Source of the DNA: an uncultured Rickettsiaceae bacterium
GTDB taxonomy: Bacteria > Pseudomonadota > Alphaproteobacteria > Rickettsiales > Rickettsiaceae
Reading direction: 5' to 3'
NCBI GenBank assembly: GCA_964351245.1
Contig: CAYGNF010000002.1
Coordinates: 882 to 64,881 of the forward strand
Length of the DNA: 64,000 nt
The notes under the pieces are model-generated. The model made no database searches, was not told where the DNA came from, and saw only the letters and a list, made by a program, of their open reading frames with translations. Each line of letters starts with the position of its first letter. Positions within the stretch are counted from its first letter, which is position 1. The translations under genes and the position numbers were made by a program. This document shows, piece by piece, positions 1 through 10,144 of this stretch.

Positions 1-261
1 CTCCAGATACACCAAGAAACAGCACAAAAGTGCAAAAGAAGCAGAGGGGATAATTTGATAGATTCATCTTCAGATTTAATATGACGCTCTAGCGCTTTTT
101 GATGATATTTTGACAAAGCCGTAGTATTGTAAAGCGTGAAATGTGAAGTGCTTTTATACAACAGGATATAAGACTTGCTATCTATAAAAGAGTTCTAAAT
201 TTGCTAATGAAAAATTAATTTGATATCCTCATTTAAGATAAATTATTATTGTAATTTTAGA

Positions 262-954
262 ATGAGAAAAGTAATCAGCGCATCCTTCTTGACTATTTTG
301 TTTTGCGGGTTAAATGCACAAGCCGAAAATTCACAAGATATTTTTTTAAAATTTAGAGGGATATTTAGCGCAGTTAAAGGTGAGCAATCGGGTTTGCCCC
401 AGCCATATACAACATATTCTAAATCAAAAGATGTGAGTGATAGAAAAAAATTATTCTCAAACTCTCTAGGCGCTGAAGTATCCTGCGGAGTATTTTGGAA
501 TGATTTTATAGCAACCGAAATTACTTCTGGTGCTCATTATTATAGACAAAGAGCAACTGCGATACAAAATCTGCAAGCAAGTTATATGAATAATGCAGTA
601 TTAAAAAAGGCAAGAGACATGATAGCAATTCCTTCATCTTTTGCCCTCCAGTACCATATAGCGCCATATGGAGCAATAAGGCCATATGTAGGAGGAGGCG
701 TGCATTATACTTTTCTTATGAGTAGATCAAGTAATTATCATATTGGTAATGCTACCGGGCCATTACTTCAAGCTGGGATGGATGTAGTGTTTAAAGATGA
801 TGCTTGTTTGAACTTTGATATCAAAAGCTATTATCTCAAATCTAAGATCAAGTATAATAAAAGTTTTATTGTGAATGAAGAAGGTCAGGATATTAAATCA
901 CGCATAAGACTAGATCCGATATCTATAGGCATAGGTTTTGGCTTTAAATTGTAG
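262..954 (+). CDS. OmpW-family outer-membrane beta-barrel protein
   Basis: Track ORF 220..954 starts at TTG. The ATG at 262 gives a classic signal peptide, MRKVISASFLTILFCGLNAQA. OmpW-like core RPYVGGGVHYTF and an aromatic C-terminal strand GIGFGFKL. Confidence 0.6.
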   Translation: MRKVISASFLTILFCGLNAQAENSQDIFLKFRGIFSAVKGEQSGLPQPYTTYSKSKDVSDRKKLFSNSLGAEVSCGVFWNDFIATEITSGAHYYRQRATAIQNLQASYMNNAVLKKARDMIAIPSSFALQYHIAPYGAIRPYVGGGVHYTFLMSRSSNYHIGNATGPLLQAGMDVVFKDDACLNFDIKSYYLKSKIKYNKSFIVNEEGQDIKSRIRLDPISIGIGFGFKL

Positions 955-1097
955 AACATATTCTATACTCACTAGTGTTTCTAGGAGATATACTATTGAT
1001 GTTTAGCGCCTATATTGCATTTTGATGATATTTTTGTTTACTTTGATAATATAGTTTTTTATTATCAAAAGCTGGTAAGATAAATAGACTCTAAAGG

Positions 1098-1262
1098 ATG
1101 CTAACATCAGAAACAGTGAGTACTCAAACGCAGGAAGTATATTGCTCTGGAGCTGAGTATCCTCTTGACCATCCCAAGATATATTTAGAGATAGATAAAA
1201 AAATAGGTCATATCATATGTCCTTATTGCTCTAAAAAATTTGTACTAGCAACATCCAAATGA
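1098..1262 (+). CDS. Small zinc-finger (zf-CHCC / NDUFS6-like) protein
   Basis: 54-codon ORF below the track size cutoff, translated by hand: MLTSETVSTQTQEVYCSGAEYPLDHPKIYLEIDKKIGHIICPYCSKKFVLATSK. It shows the C-x-G...HP...CPYC pattern of the small alphaproteobacterial zinc-finger proteins. Its TGA overlaps the ATG of the next gene (ATGA at 1259-1262). Confidence 0.55.
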   Translation: MLTSETVSTQTQEVYCSGAEYPLDHPKIYLEIDKKIGHIICPYCSKKFVLATSK

Positions 1263-2509
1263 CAAGAAAATCATTTATCGTTGCTGCTATTTGTACTATT
1301 GTTCAATATTACGATTATCATCTTTTTGGATTTTTTGCCGCAAGAGTGTCTAAGCATTTTTTTAGTCATGATGATGTTGCCGTACAGCTTATAAGAACCT
1401 ATATGATAATGGCGATAGGAGTTATGGCAAAGCCTATTGGCGCTGTAGCATTAGGAAGAATAGGCGATATTTATGGAAGATTTGCCACTGTGATCATCAG
1501 TTTGTCTGGCACTGCAATCGCATCTTTTGTGATTAGTATATCCCCTGGTTACGAAAGGATAGGAATAGCCGCTGCTGTAATATTACTTTGCTGTAGAATG
1601 TGTATTGCCAGCCTTGTATCCTCTGGCACAGATGGAATACGCATCTATATTTTTGAGAAAATCAGAGCAGATAAGCAATGTCTTGGCAATGGTATGGTGG
1701 TATTTTCAACTCAAATTGGGTCTTTGATAGCCTCGCTTTCTGCTTGGTTTTTTTCCCTGGAGTTTATGCCGAGCTATTCTTGGAGAATAGCGTTTTTACT
1801 TGGTTCATTTTTCGGATTCTGCGCAATTTTTCTAAGACTATATTCTAAAATACAGAATGATGACAATAATAAAGATGACCCAGAATATGATATATATAAG
1901 GATCAGAATATTTTTAAAATCGCTATGCAGAATCGCGGTATCTTTATGACATCCGTTCTAACCGCGGGATGCATTGGCAGCACTTATCAGTTTATCATTA
2001 TTTTCTTTGGCACTTATAATTTTGAGCTACTGAGGCTTGTAGATCAGACCCGAATGCAATTATATACTAGCATAGGAGTAGTATTATACATGATTTTTGC
2101 TGTTGTTGGAAGCGCATTTGCAGATGTTTTTGGTAGAGTGCTAGTTGCAAATATTGCATCAATTATGCTATTACTTCTGACTCTTTTGTTTAGTATATTA
2201 ATAGCTTACGATAGCTTCTCTTTGAGTCTATATTTTTTCGTCATAGTAGTATTGCCGTTTGTTACTATGCCAGCCCTTACTTTCATGAAGCAAGCAATCC
2301 CCAAAGTAATAAGATATAGATTATTTAGCCTAGCTCATGCTTTTGGGTCTATTATTATCTCTGCACCTACTGCATATATATCAACATCCTTATACTACTA
2401 CACAAAGCTGCCTTGGCTCCCTATAATGTATTTTATATGTACTATATTAGTACTATTTTTTTCCCTAAATAAGTTGACTAAGTTTACTAACATAAGCACT
2501 CAAAAATAA
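1259..2509 (+). CDS. MFS transporter, ProP-like (proline/betaine-type metabolite:H+ symporter family)
   Basis: 416 aa with a multi-TM hydrophobic profile. The N-terminal QYYDYHLFGFFA and the loop GRIGDIYGR are typical of the ProP-type MFS family that is expanded in Rickettsiales. Confidence 0.75.
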   Translation: MTRKSFIVAAICTIVQYYDYHLFGFFAARVSKHFFSHDDVAVQLIRTYMIMAIGVMAKPIGAVALGRIGDIYGRFATVIISLSGTAIASFVISISPGYERIGIAAAVILLCCRMCIASLVSSGTDGIRIYIFEKIRADKQCLGNGMVVFSTQIGSLIASLSAWFFSLEFMPSYSWRIAFLLGSFFGFCAIFLRLYSKIQNDDNNKDDPEYDIYKDQNIFKIAMQNRGIFMTSVLTAGCIGSTYQFIIIFFGTYNFELLRLVDQTRMQLYTSIGVVLYMIFAVVGSAFADVFGRVLVANIASIMLLLLTLLFSILIAYDSFSLSLYFFVIVVLPFVTMPALTFMKQAIPKVIRYRLFSLAHAFGSIIISAPTAYISTSLYYYTKLPWLPIMYFICTILVLFFSLNKLTKFTNISTQK

Positions 2510-2567
2510 TCACCTCATTTCTTTATGAATATATAGTATAAAGATTTTATGGGATCATTGGGTATTT

Positions 2568-3746
2568 CTATAAATCAAGTAGTAGCCTTTCTGGATTTTC
2601 TACAGCTTCTTTTACTTTTACAAGGAATGTTACAGCCTCTTTTCCATCTATCATTCTATGATCATATGATAGTGCAATATACATCATAGGCCTAATCTCA
2701 ATTTTTCCATCAATTGCTACAGGCCTTTCTATTGTTTTATGCATCCCAAGAATACCAGATTGTGGTGGATTAATGATAGGAGTAGACATTAGAGAGCCAT
2801 ATACTCCTCCATTGGTTATTGAGAATGTTCCACCAGATAAATCTGCCATAGATAGCTTACCTTCTCTTGCTCTTTTGCCAAAATCAGAAATAGTTTTTTC
2901 AGTTTCTGCGAATGACATCAGATCAGCGTTCCGTATCACCGGCACTACAAGGCCTTGATCTGTACCCACGGCCACTCCTATATCATAGTGATTCTTGTAT
3001 ATTATTGTATCCCCATCAATTTGGGCATTTACAGATGGTATTTCTTGTAAAGCCTTTGTAGCAGCTTTAATAAAGAAAGACATAAATCCTAGCTTAACTC
3101 CGTGCTTCTTCTCAAAGGCTTCTTTATATTTAGAACGCAATGTAATGACGTTGTGCATGTCAATTTCATTGAATGTTGTAAGTATTGCGGCAGTATTCTG
3201 TGAATCTTTCAATCTCTGAGCTATGGTTTTTCTAAGCCTAGACATCTTTACTCTTTCTTCTTGAGGTGCATTAGGTAATGCAGGGCTACTAGCAATACTT
3301 GTGGATGAAGCAGCTGTGATGACATCTTCTTTGGTGATTCTACCAGCTTTGCCAGTACCGTGAATTAGAGAGGTATCTACACCCGACTCTGCCGCAATTT
3401 TTTGCGCTGAGGGAGCTAAAATGGGTGTATTTATGGGCTTATCTACATTAATAGCATTATTAGTAGAAGTCTCTGTTTTTTGCGTGAGAGTATCTGAGGG
3501 CTTAGCTGAGCCTATCGATACATGCCCTATTATATCTCCTACTTTAACTACTGCGCCATCTGCGTGCACCACATCTGAAAGAATTCCAGCTGCTGGAGCG
3601 TTAATCTCCAGAGTTACTTTTTCTGTTTCCAGCTCAAGTAATAGCTCATCTAATTTTAAGCTTTCTCCGGCTTTCTTGTGCCATTTTGCAATAGTTGCCT
3701 CTGATACTGATTCGCCTAAAGCTGGAACCACGATTTTTATAGTCAT
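2568..3746 (-). CDS. sucB: Dihydrolipoamide succinyltransferase, E2 of 2-oxoglutarate dehydrogenase
   Basis: N-terminal lipoyl domain with [15 protein letters not shown] (lipoyl-lysine). C-terminal catalytic motif [13 protein letters not shown]. Lies immediately downstream of sucA. Confidence 0.95.
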   Translation of the reverse strand: MTIKIVVPALGESVSEATIAKWHKKAGESLKLDELLLELETEKVTLEINAPAAGILSDVVHADGAVVKVGDIIGHVSIGSAKPSDTLTQKTETSTNNAINVDKPINTPILAPSAQKIAAESGVDTSLIHGTGKAGRITKEDVITAASSTSIASSPALPNAPQEERVKMSRLRKTIAQRLKDSQNTAAILTTFNEIDMHNVITLRSKYKEAFEKKHGVKLGFMSFFIKAATKALQEIPSVNAQIDGDTIIYKNHYDIGVAVGTDQGLVVPVIRNADLMSFAETEKTISDFGKRAREGKLSMADLSGGTFSITNGGVYGSLMSTPIINPPQSGILGMHKTIERPVAIDGKIEIRPMMYIALSYDHRMIDGKEAVTFLVKVKEAVENPERLLLDL

Positions 3747-3758
3747 TTTATTCTCCTA

Positions 3759-6461
3759 CTAATTAAGTGCTTTACTTATGATTTCTTCTTGCTCCTTTGC
3801 GTGCATACTAGCATAGCCAGTAGCGGGTGACGCAGCCTCTTCTCTACTGATGCACACTAATTTTGGAGCTTTTATTAGGTGCGCAAATCGTGAGTAGATA
3901 AAATGCCAGGCCCCCATATTCCAAGGCTCCTCTTGACACCATATTACTTCGTTCTTAGAGTTATATTTTTCAAGCTCACGGTTGAGAAGCTCAAGAGGAA
4001 ATGGATATAATTGCTCTATCCTGATTAATGCAACATCATTTTTATTGCTTTTTCTCCTAGCTTCTAATAAATCGTAATATATTTTCCCGGTACATAAGAC
4101 TATTTTCTTGATAGATTTTGCATCTAAATCATCAGCGATGATCTCTTGAAAACTTGATCCGGTATCAATATCTTCTACCGAAGAGACTGCAAGACTATTC
4201 CGAAAAATTGATTTCGGAGACATTACTATAAGAGGCTTTCTTATAGTGCTGAGTTGTTGCCGCTTTAGTAAATGAAAGATATTAGCTGGTGTTGTAGGAT
4301 ATGCTACTTGTATATTATCTTGAGCACAGAGTTGTAAATATCTTTCAAGTCTTGCGGAAGAATGTTCGGGGCCCTGACCCTCATAGCCATGAGGCAATAA
4401 CATTACAATGCCAGAGCGTTGAAGCCATTTGGTTTCCATAGAAGAAATAAATTGATCCAAAATAATTTGAGCCCCGTTGGAAAAATCTCCGAATTGCGCT
4501 TCCCAAATTACTAATGATTTTGGATGAGACATAGAGTAACCTAGCTCAAAACCTAGTACAGCAAACTCAGATAGGTTACTATCGTACACTTCGTAAGTTA
4601 CATCTGTATTTGTTTGAGATAAAGGTATATATTTAGCACCAGTCTTCTGATCGTATAGAACTGAGTGTCTATGAGAAAATGTCCCCCTTCCTGCATCTTG
4701 ACCCACGAGCCTTATAGAACTTCCTTCATGAAGCAATGATGCAAATGCAAGTTGTTCTGCTGTGCTCCAATCTATTGTTTGATCCTTATTAAAATTTTTT
4801 GCTTTGGCATCAAATAATTTACGTAATTTGGGATTAATACTAAAATCTGCTGGGATACTTAAAAGATCTTCGAGTAATTTTTTCAACAGATCCTTGGGAA
4901 CACATGTCTTGACATTATCCTTTGAATGGCCTAAGGCTTGATGCTGCAGTAAGTTTGACTTGTAGTCCTTCGCGCCCGAATATGCCTTCTCTAGCTTACT
5001 TGCAAAATCATTCTCAAAAGCTTGATATTTATTACTATCTGATACACCCTCTTTTTCAAGTTGATTTTGGTACAATATACCTGCGTGCTGTTTTGCTTTT
5101 ATGATATTATACATTAGAGGTTGAGTATACATTGGCTCATCGCCTTCATTGTGGCCGTATTTCCGATAGCATATAATTTCAAGGACTGCATCTTTCTTGT
5201 ATCTCATTCTATATTCAATGAGTAATCTAGTCGCCCTTGATACTGCTTCTGCATCATCTCCATTAACATGAATAATAGGGGCGCCAATAATCTTTGCGAC
5301 CTCAGTAGAATATCTGGATGATTTATGTCCGTCATCAGGATTTGCTGTAAATCCAATCTGGTTATTGATAACTAAGTGAAAAATTCCCCCAACAGAGAAA
5401 GCATCAAGAGGAGACATTGCAAGCGATTCCGCAACTACTCCTTGACCGCAAAATGCGGCATCTCCATGCACAATGATAGTAATTGATTTAGCTCGCTCAT
5501 AGTCTTTTTCTAGATCTTGAGTTGCTCTTGTTTTACCTGCTACTACTGGATTTACTGACTCTAAATGGGATGGGTTTGCAGCTAAGCTTATATGGATTGA
5601 TTTGCCAGAACTGAGCGCTATATCATTTGAGTATCCCATATGATACTTTACATCTCCACTTATCCCATGTGATGGCGGGATCGCGTATATACCCATAAAT
5701 TCTCCAAGTAAAGCCTCATAGGGTTTTCCAAGAATTTTTGCTAATACATTAAGTCTGCCTCTGTGAGCCATTCCAACTACTATAGTATTCACCCCAAAGT
5801 CACCTGCTGCACTTGTTGCTTCTTTGAGCGAAACTATGGATGTTTCTGCGCCTTCTACAGAAAATCTTTTGGCGCCAGGGAATTTTTTATGTATAAATTG
5901 CTCGAATCCAGCAGTTTCTATCAGATCTTGGAGTATTGTTAATTTAGCATTGCTAGAAAGCTCTACGGAGTTTAATTCTTCGAATCTATTATAAAGCCAT
6001 AATTTTTCTTCGTGATTTGATATATGCTCAAATTCTACCCCGGTACTAGAAGTATATAGTAATAACTTCGGATCACTTGGGTCAATATTAAGCTCAGCAA
6101 GAGTTTTAGGTGTCTCAATATTGAGAGGATCTAATTTAGCCGCAAAATGGCCGTAATTTCTAAGAGAGGTAATATTGTAGCTAGCAGTATGATGAATTTG
6201 GGGAACCGCTTCAGTTGTATATTGATCCGAGGAGGCCTCTTGTGGACTAGCTATAATATATTCATGGGGTTTGCTCCATGAAGCTATGGATTTTTCTGCC
6301 TGATTAGATTGAAAGAAGATTCTCCATTCTTCTGAAACTGATGAAGGGTCTTGACAAAATTTTTCGTACATCTCTTCGAAAAAACTCGCATTTGATGCGT
6401 ATAAGTAAGTGTTATTAAAAAAATTCTGTTCCACAAAGGTTCCTAAAAAATAATGTAGCAC
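3759..6461 (-). CDS. sucA: 2-oxoglutarate dehydrogenase E1 component
   Basis: 900 aa. MAHRGRLNVLAKILGKPYE and GDAAFCGQGVV thiamine-diphosphate region. Forms an operon with sucB. Confidence 0.95.
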   Translation of the reverse strand: MLHYFLGTFVEQNFFNNTYLYASNASFFEEMYEKFCQDPSSVSEEWRIFFQSNQAEKSIASWSKPHEYIIASPQEASSDQYTTEAVPQIHHTASYNITSLRNYGHFAAKLDPLNIETPKTLAELNIDPSDPKLLLYTSSTGVEFEHISNHEEKLWLYNRFEELNSVELSSNAKLTILQDLIETAGFEQFIHKKFPGAKRFSVEGAETSIVSLKEATSAAGDFGVNTIVVGMAHRGRLNVLAKILGKPYEALLGEFMGIYAIPPSHGISGDVKYHMGYSNDIALSSGKSIHISLAANPSHLESVNPVVAGKTRATQDLEKDYERAKSITIIVHGDAAFCGQGVVAESLAMSPLDAFSVGGIFHLVINNQIGFTANPDDGHKSSRYSTEVAKIIGAPIIHVNGDDAEAVSRATRLLIEYRMRYKKDAVLEIICYRKYGHNEGDEPMYTQPLMYNIIKAKQHAGILYQNQLEKEGVSDSNKYQAFENDFASKLEKAYSGAKDYKSNLLQHQALGHSKDNVKTCVPKDLLKKLLEDLLSIPADFSINPKLRKLFDAKAKNFNKDQTIDWSTAEQLAFASLLHEGSSIRLVGQDAGRGTFSHRHSVLYDQKTGAKYIPLSQTNTDVTYEVYDSNLSEFAVLGFELGYSMSHPKSLVIWEAQFGDFSNGAQIILDQFISSMETKWLQRSGIVMLLPHGYEGQGPEHSSARLERYLQLCAQDNIQVAYPTTPANIFHLLKRQQLSTIRKPLIVMSPKSIFRNSLAVSSVEDIDTGSSFQEIIADDLDAKSIKKIVLCTGKIYYDLLEARRKSNKNDVALIRIEQLYPFPLELLNRELEKYNSKNEVIWCQEEPWNMGAWHFIYSRFAHLIKAPKLVCISREEAASPATGYASMHAKEQEEIISKALN

Positions 6462-6581
6462 TATTATATAGCTATATCATATTACATAAGCTATATCTTT
6501 GGAAGAAAAATCAGCCTCAATATTACTGGCAAAATCAACTACTTGATAATTTTGATGCATACCTAGCATATACCCAGAGTA

Positions 6582-7349
6582 CTATATTATTCTAGGGCCA
6601 TTAGATTTGAAGTAAGCCTCATAATGATTACGGGCTTTTTCTAAATCATCTTTTGTATCTACTGAAATCGGTATTTCATCTGCCATGCATACTTCTATTG
6701 ACATGCCATTTTCCAGAGCTCTGAGTTGCTCTAATTTTTCTTGTATTTCTAATGTAGATTGCCCTAGATGTACGAATTTTTCAAGACTTGTCGCATTAAA
6801 CCCGTATATTCCAAGATGATATAGGAATGAATCTGCGCTATAAGGAATTTGGGCTCTAGAGAAATACATTGCGTAGTTTCTATTATCTACTACAAGTTTA
6901 ACGTTACTTGGCTCTTTGGCTACCCCGTAATCTACCTGCACAGCAGCAGTAACAATATCGGCCTTTGTATTCCATAAAGTACTCAGAAAATTATTAATAG
7001 TAGATGGATTGATAAATGGCATATCGCCTTGTATGTTAACAATATATTGGAATTTTTCGTGATCTAGTATCTTTTTCCATGCGCTATATACCCTATCAGT
7101 TCCTGAAGCAATATTTGAATCAGTCATGATAGTTTTAATCCCTATTTTTTCTAATTTATTGCTAATTTCAACATTATCTACCGCAACATAAAGATAATCT
7201 ATGCCTATCTTTTGGATATTAAGCGCCACATGCTCAATCATTGTTTTATCACCTATCATCGCTAAAGGCTTATTAGCCAGGCGTGTTGAACCTAAGCGCG
7301 CCGGGACAATTACCAGTGTTTGTTTGATGCTAGGGATGCGTTTTTGCAT
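6582..7349 (-). CDS. kdsB: 3-deoxy-manno-octulosonate cytidylyltransferase (CMP-Kdo synthetase)
   Basis: 255 aa. N-terminal IVPARLGSTRLANKPL, and NIQGDMPF, typical of KdsB. Confidence 0.9.
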   Translation of the reverse strand: MQKRIPSIKQTLVIVPARLGSTRLANKPLAMIGDKTMIEHVALNIQKIGIDYLYVAVDNVEISNKLEKIGIKTIMTDSNIASGTDRVYSAWKKILDHEKFQYIVNIQGDMPFINPSTINNFLSTLWNTKADIVTAAVQVDYGVAKEPSNVKLVVDNRNYAMYFSRAQIPYSADSFLYHLGIYGFNATSLEKFVHLGQSTLEIQEKLEQLRALENGMSIEVCMADEIPISVDTKDDLEKARNHYEAYFKSNGPRII

Positions 7350-7584
7350 ATAAAGAGAATGTTAAACTTATCAAAAGAATTATCGCATATTATATATGAA
7401 GCCTCTGGTCGAGTCATCTATATATTTATATTTAATTAGAAGAATGAGGATATTATAAAAAGGAGGATCAGATTAAATTCTATCAAGCTAAGAATTTATG
7501 GGCCCCGCTCTAAGGCTTTCTACTTTGAAAAAGCCTTAATTAAGCGGAGCAGAGTAATTTATTCAAGTATAATGAATGAATAAA

Positions 7585-8310
7585 TTATAGGGCGAATCTT
7601 ACGCCAGTTGTAAGAGCATGAGTAGCTAAGCGATATTTCATCTTCGCTTCATCAGTCTCTTTTATTTTTTTGAGCATACCATGATCTGCATATGTATATG
7701 CTACATCCATTTTAATATTATCAGCAACATTAAATGATGAACCTACAGTTAGTAAATAAGAAAAATTATTCTTAGATTTCCATTTGCAAGTCACCTCGCG
7801 GGTCTTGCCAACTTGCTCATTATTTCTAGATTCAGTCGAAGAGTTTTTATATTTAGCAGAGACATTTGAAATTCCAACACCTGCGCCAGCAAATAATGCA
7901 CCACTACCAAAATCATAAAAATCATATAATCCTTTTAAGTGCAAAGATTTGATAATAGGCTTAACGGTAGTCTTGGCAATAGTACGAGTATCGTCTCCAT
8001 TCTCAGATTTTTCGGTCTCATCTTTCTTACGTGTTTGAGATGTTCCAAAAACTCCGCTTAATGCTAGCTCAGCTCTTAGATTATCCATAACATAATATCC
8101 TGCACCTAAAGAACCAAGGAATCCATTGCCTGCTTTGACTTTTAGAGGCGTGACCGTTGATTCCCCATCTTCAGTCTTGTCAGTCGCTTTAAGCTTATGC
8201 GCAGGAGATATGGATAATCCTATATCACCTCTTAAGTAGAATGTTCCTTCGTTTGCCAAAGCAGAGCTTGCCAAAGTTGCAAGAGTTGTTGCTATAAGTA
8301 GTTTTTTCAT
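7585..8310 (-). CDS. Outer-membrane beta-barrel protein (porin / surface-antigen-like)
   Basis: Signal peptide MKKLLIATTLATLASSALA. Alternating amphipathic strands and a C-terminal strand TGVRFAL. Family assignment is not resolvable by eye. Confidence 0.6.
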   Translation of the reverse strand: MKKLLIATTLATLASSALANEGTFYLRGDIGLSISPAHKLKATDKTEDGESTVTPLKVKAGNGFLGSLGAGYYVMDNLRAELALSGVFGTSQTRKKDETEKSENGDDTRTIAKTTVKPIIKSLHLKGLYDFYDFGSGALFAGAGVGISNVSAKYKNSSTESRNNEQVGKTREVTCKWKSKNNFSYLLTVGSSFNVADNIKMDVAYTYADHGMLKKIKETDEAKMKYRLATHALTTGVRFAL

Positions 8311-8582
8311 ATTTACAATATCCTTTTATTATTTTATTATTTCTTTAATAAGTTATAAATTATTCTATAGCAAATAAAATATTATTTACTACAAGAAAAA
8401 GGTAATATAGGACATTACTATTAAAGAGTCAAATGACTTTTTATGTAAAATAAAAAAACTTATAGATTTAGAAGCAGAGCCTTCCTTAATGTAAAAATAT
8501 TATTTATATTCTATATCTTCGCTTATATCAGATTATCTTGCTGCCAGCAATGCATGAATTTTCGGGTATAATTATAGATGGT

Positions 8583-8918
8583 CTATATTCCAAAGGAATT
8601 TCCGCATCCGCATTTAGATGCTGCATTAGGATTCTTTACTTCAAAATAAGAGGCTCCGAGCTCTTCAACAAAGTTTAATTGAGAATTCTGCATAAATTGC
8701 GCTGATTTAGAGTCTATATATATCCTGACGTTATTTTGCTCAATAACAACATCGTCTGAGCGAGATTGATCTGTAAGCTCGTACTTATATTGCAATCCCG
8801 AGCATCCCCCTGCTTCAACCGATATTCTGAGCCCAGTTGAGTGGGTGCTTTTTTCTTGAGTCATTAATTCAGATACTCTTTTAAAAACACTATTTGTCAC
8901 TGTAACTAAATTGCTCAT
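8583..8918 (-). CDS. erpA: Iron-sulfur cluster insertion protein (HesB/IscA/ErpA family)
   Basis: 111 aa. GGCSGLQY and C-terminal CGCGNSFGI cysteine ligands. Confidence 0.85.
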   Translation of the reverse strand: MSNLVTVTNSVFKRVSELMTQEKSTHSTGLRISVEAGGCSGLQYKYELTDQSRSDDVVIEQNNVRIYIDSKSAQFMQNSQLNFVEELGASYFEVKNPNAASKCGCGNSFGI

Positions 8919-8990
8919 AGAATTATTTTATTTAACTATCTAAAAATGATTCTATATTATATCATAGATAATAAGTTTTACTAGAATTAT

Positions 8991-10136
8991 ATGCTCGCAC
9001 ATTACGCCACAGATCCTAATCAAACAAGAGGTAGGATCTATTCTGAAAAACCTACGCCATATCGAAACGAGTTTCAAAGAGACAAGGATCGCATAATACA
9101 TTCTAATACTTTTAGGAGGCTACAGTATAAAACACAAGTTTTCGTGAATCACGAGGGGGATCATTATCGCAATCGTCTTACTCACTCAATAGAAGTTGCA
9201 AGCATAGCAAGATCAATCGCTAGAGATCTTAGAGCGTCTGAAGATTTGGCAGAATGTATAGCACTAGGTCATGACTTAGGTCATACTCCATTTGGCCATG
9301 CAGGAGAAGATGAGCTGAGTGAGTGTATGAAGAATTACGAAGGGTTTTGTCATAATGCTCACGCAATCAAGCTACTCACAAAGCTAGAGAAGAGATATTG
9401 CGCTTATGATGGGCTGAATCTCACATGGGAAGTAATAGAAGGTATCGCAAAGCATAATGGGCCTATCATTGAGAACATACCTGTAGCAATTTCTGAATAT
9501 GACAATATTAATAAATTAAATTTAGAGGAATATTCTTCAATAGAAGCGCAAATAGCAGCCCTCTCAGATGATATCACATATAACTGCCATGACTTAGAAG
9601 ATGGAATAAGAGCGGGAATGTTTGAAATTAACGACCTTCTTACTCTGCCCTCTTTAGAGAAAATTGTTGAGAATGTCTTAGAGCAATATCCTCGCATGGC
9701 AAAGAATCGTCAGGTATTTGAGATAGTAAGAGATTTAGCTCATGTATTTATAGAGGATTTACTAGCTCATACTAAAGATAATCTCGCAAAGCATAAAATT
9801 AAAACTCAGGAAGATATAAGAAAATTCGGGGCGCCAATTGTTGAGTTCTCAGAAGAAGTATTAAAATTAATAAATGAAATAAGAGTATTTCTAAAAATGC
9901 GAGTTTATCAGAATCATAAAGTTATTTTAACTAGATATAGATGCAAAAAAGTTGTAAAAGAACTATTTAATCTGTATTTTAGCAATCCTGAATGTATGCC
10001 CCTCCAATGGCGCATTAGGGCCGAAAAAGGCGAATCAGAAAAAGCCAGGGCAATTGCCGATTTCATTGCCGGCATGACAGATAGATACGCAATTGAACAA
10101 CATAATTCGCTATTTTCTTTGAGTAATAGCTTTTAA
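8991..10136 (+). CDS. dgt: dGTP triphosphohydrolase-like HD-domain protein
   Basis: FQRDKDRIIHS, RLTHSIEVASIAR and GHDLGHTPFGHAGE motifs. Confidence 0.85.
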   Translation: MLAHYATDPNQTRGRIYSEKPTPYRNEFQRDKDRIIHSNTFRRLQYKTQVFVNHEGDHYRNRLTHSIEVASIARSIARDLRASEDLAECIALGHDLGHTPFGHAGEDELSECMKNYEGFCHNAHAIKLLTKLEKRYCAYDGLNLTWEVIEGIAKHNGPIIENIPVAISEYDNINKLNLEEYSSIEAQIAALSDDITYNCHDLEDGIRAGMFEINDLLTLPSLEKIVENVLEQYPRMAKNRQVFEIVRDLAHVFIEDLLAHTKDNLAKHKIKTQEDIRKFGAPIVEFSEEVLKLINEIRVFLKMRVYQNHKVILTRYRCKKVVKELFNLYFSNPECMPLQWRIRAEKGESEKARAIADFIAGMTDRYAIEQHNSLFSLSNSF

Positions 10137-10144
10137 AAATATAT

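Noticed and set aside
1-67. Minus-strand ORF start (ATG at 67-65, MNLSNYPLCFFCTFVLFLGVSG...) running out of the window
   Set aside because: Only 22 codons are visible, which is not enough to support a call.
97-1034. Identical 15-mer TTTTGATGATATTTT on both sides of the OmpW-like gene (97-111 and 1020-1034), considered as possible flanking repeats of an inserted cassette
   Set aside because: It is a direct repeat of low-complexity A/T sequence. A single 15-mer coincidence is plausible by chance in 64 kb of AT-rich DNA. No further flanking similarity and no mobility gene are present.
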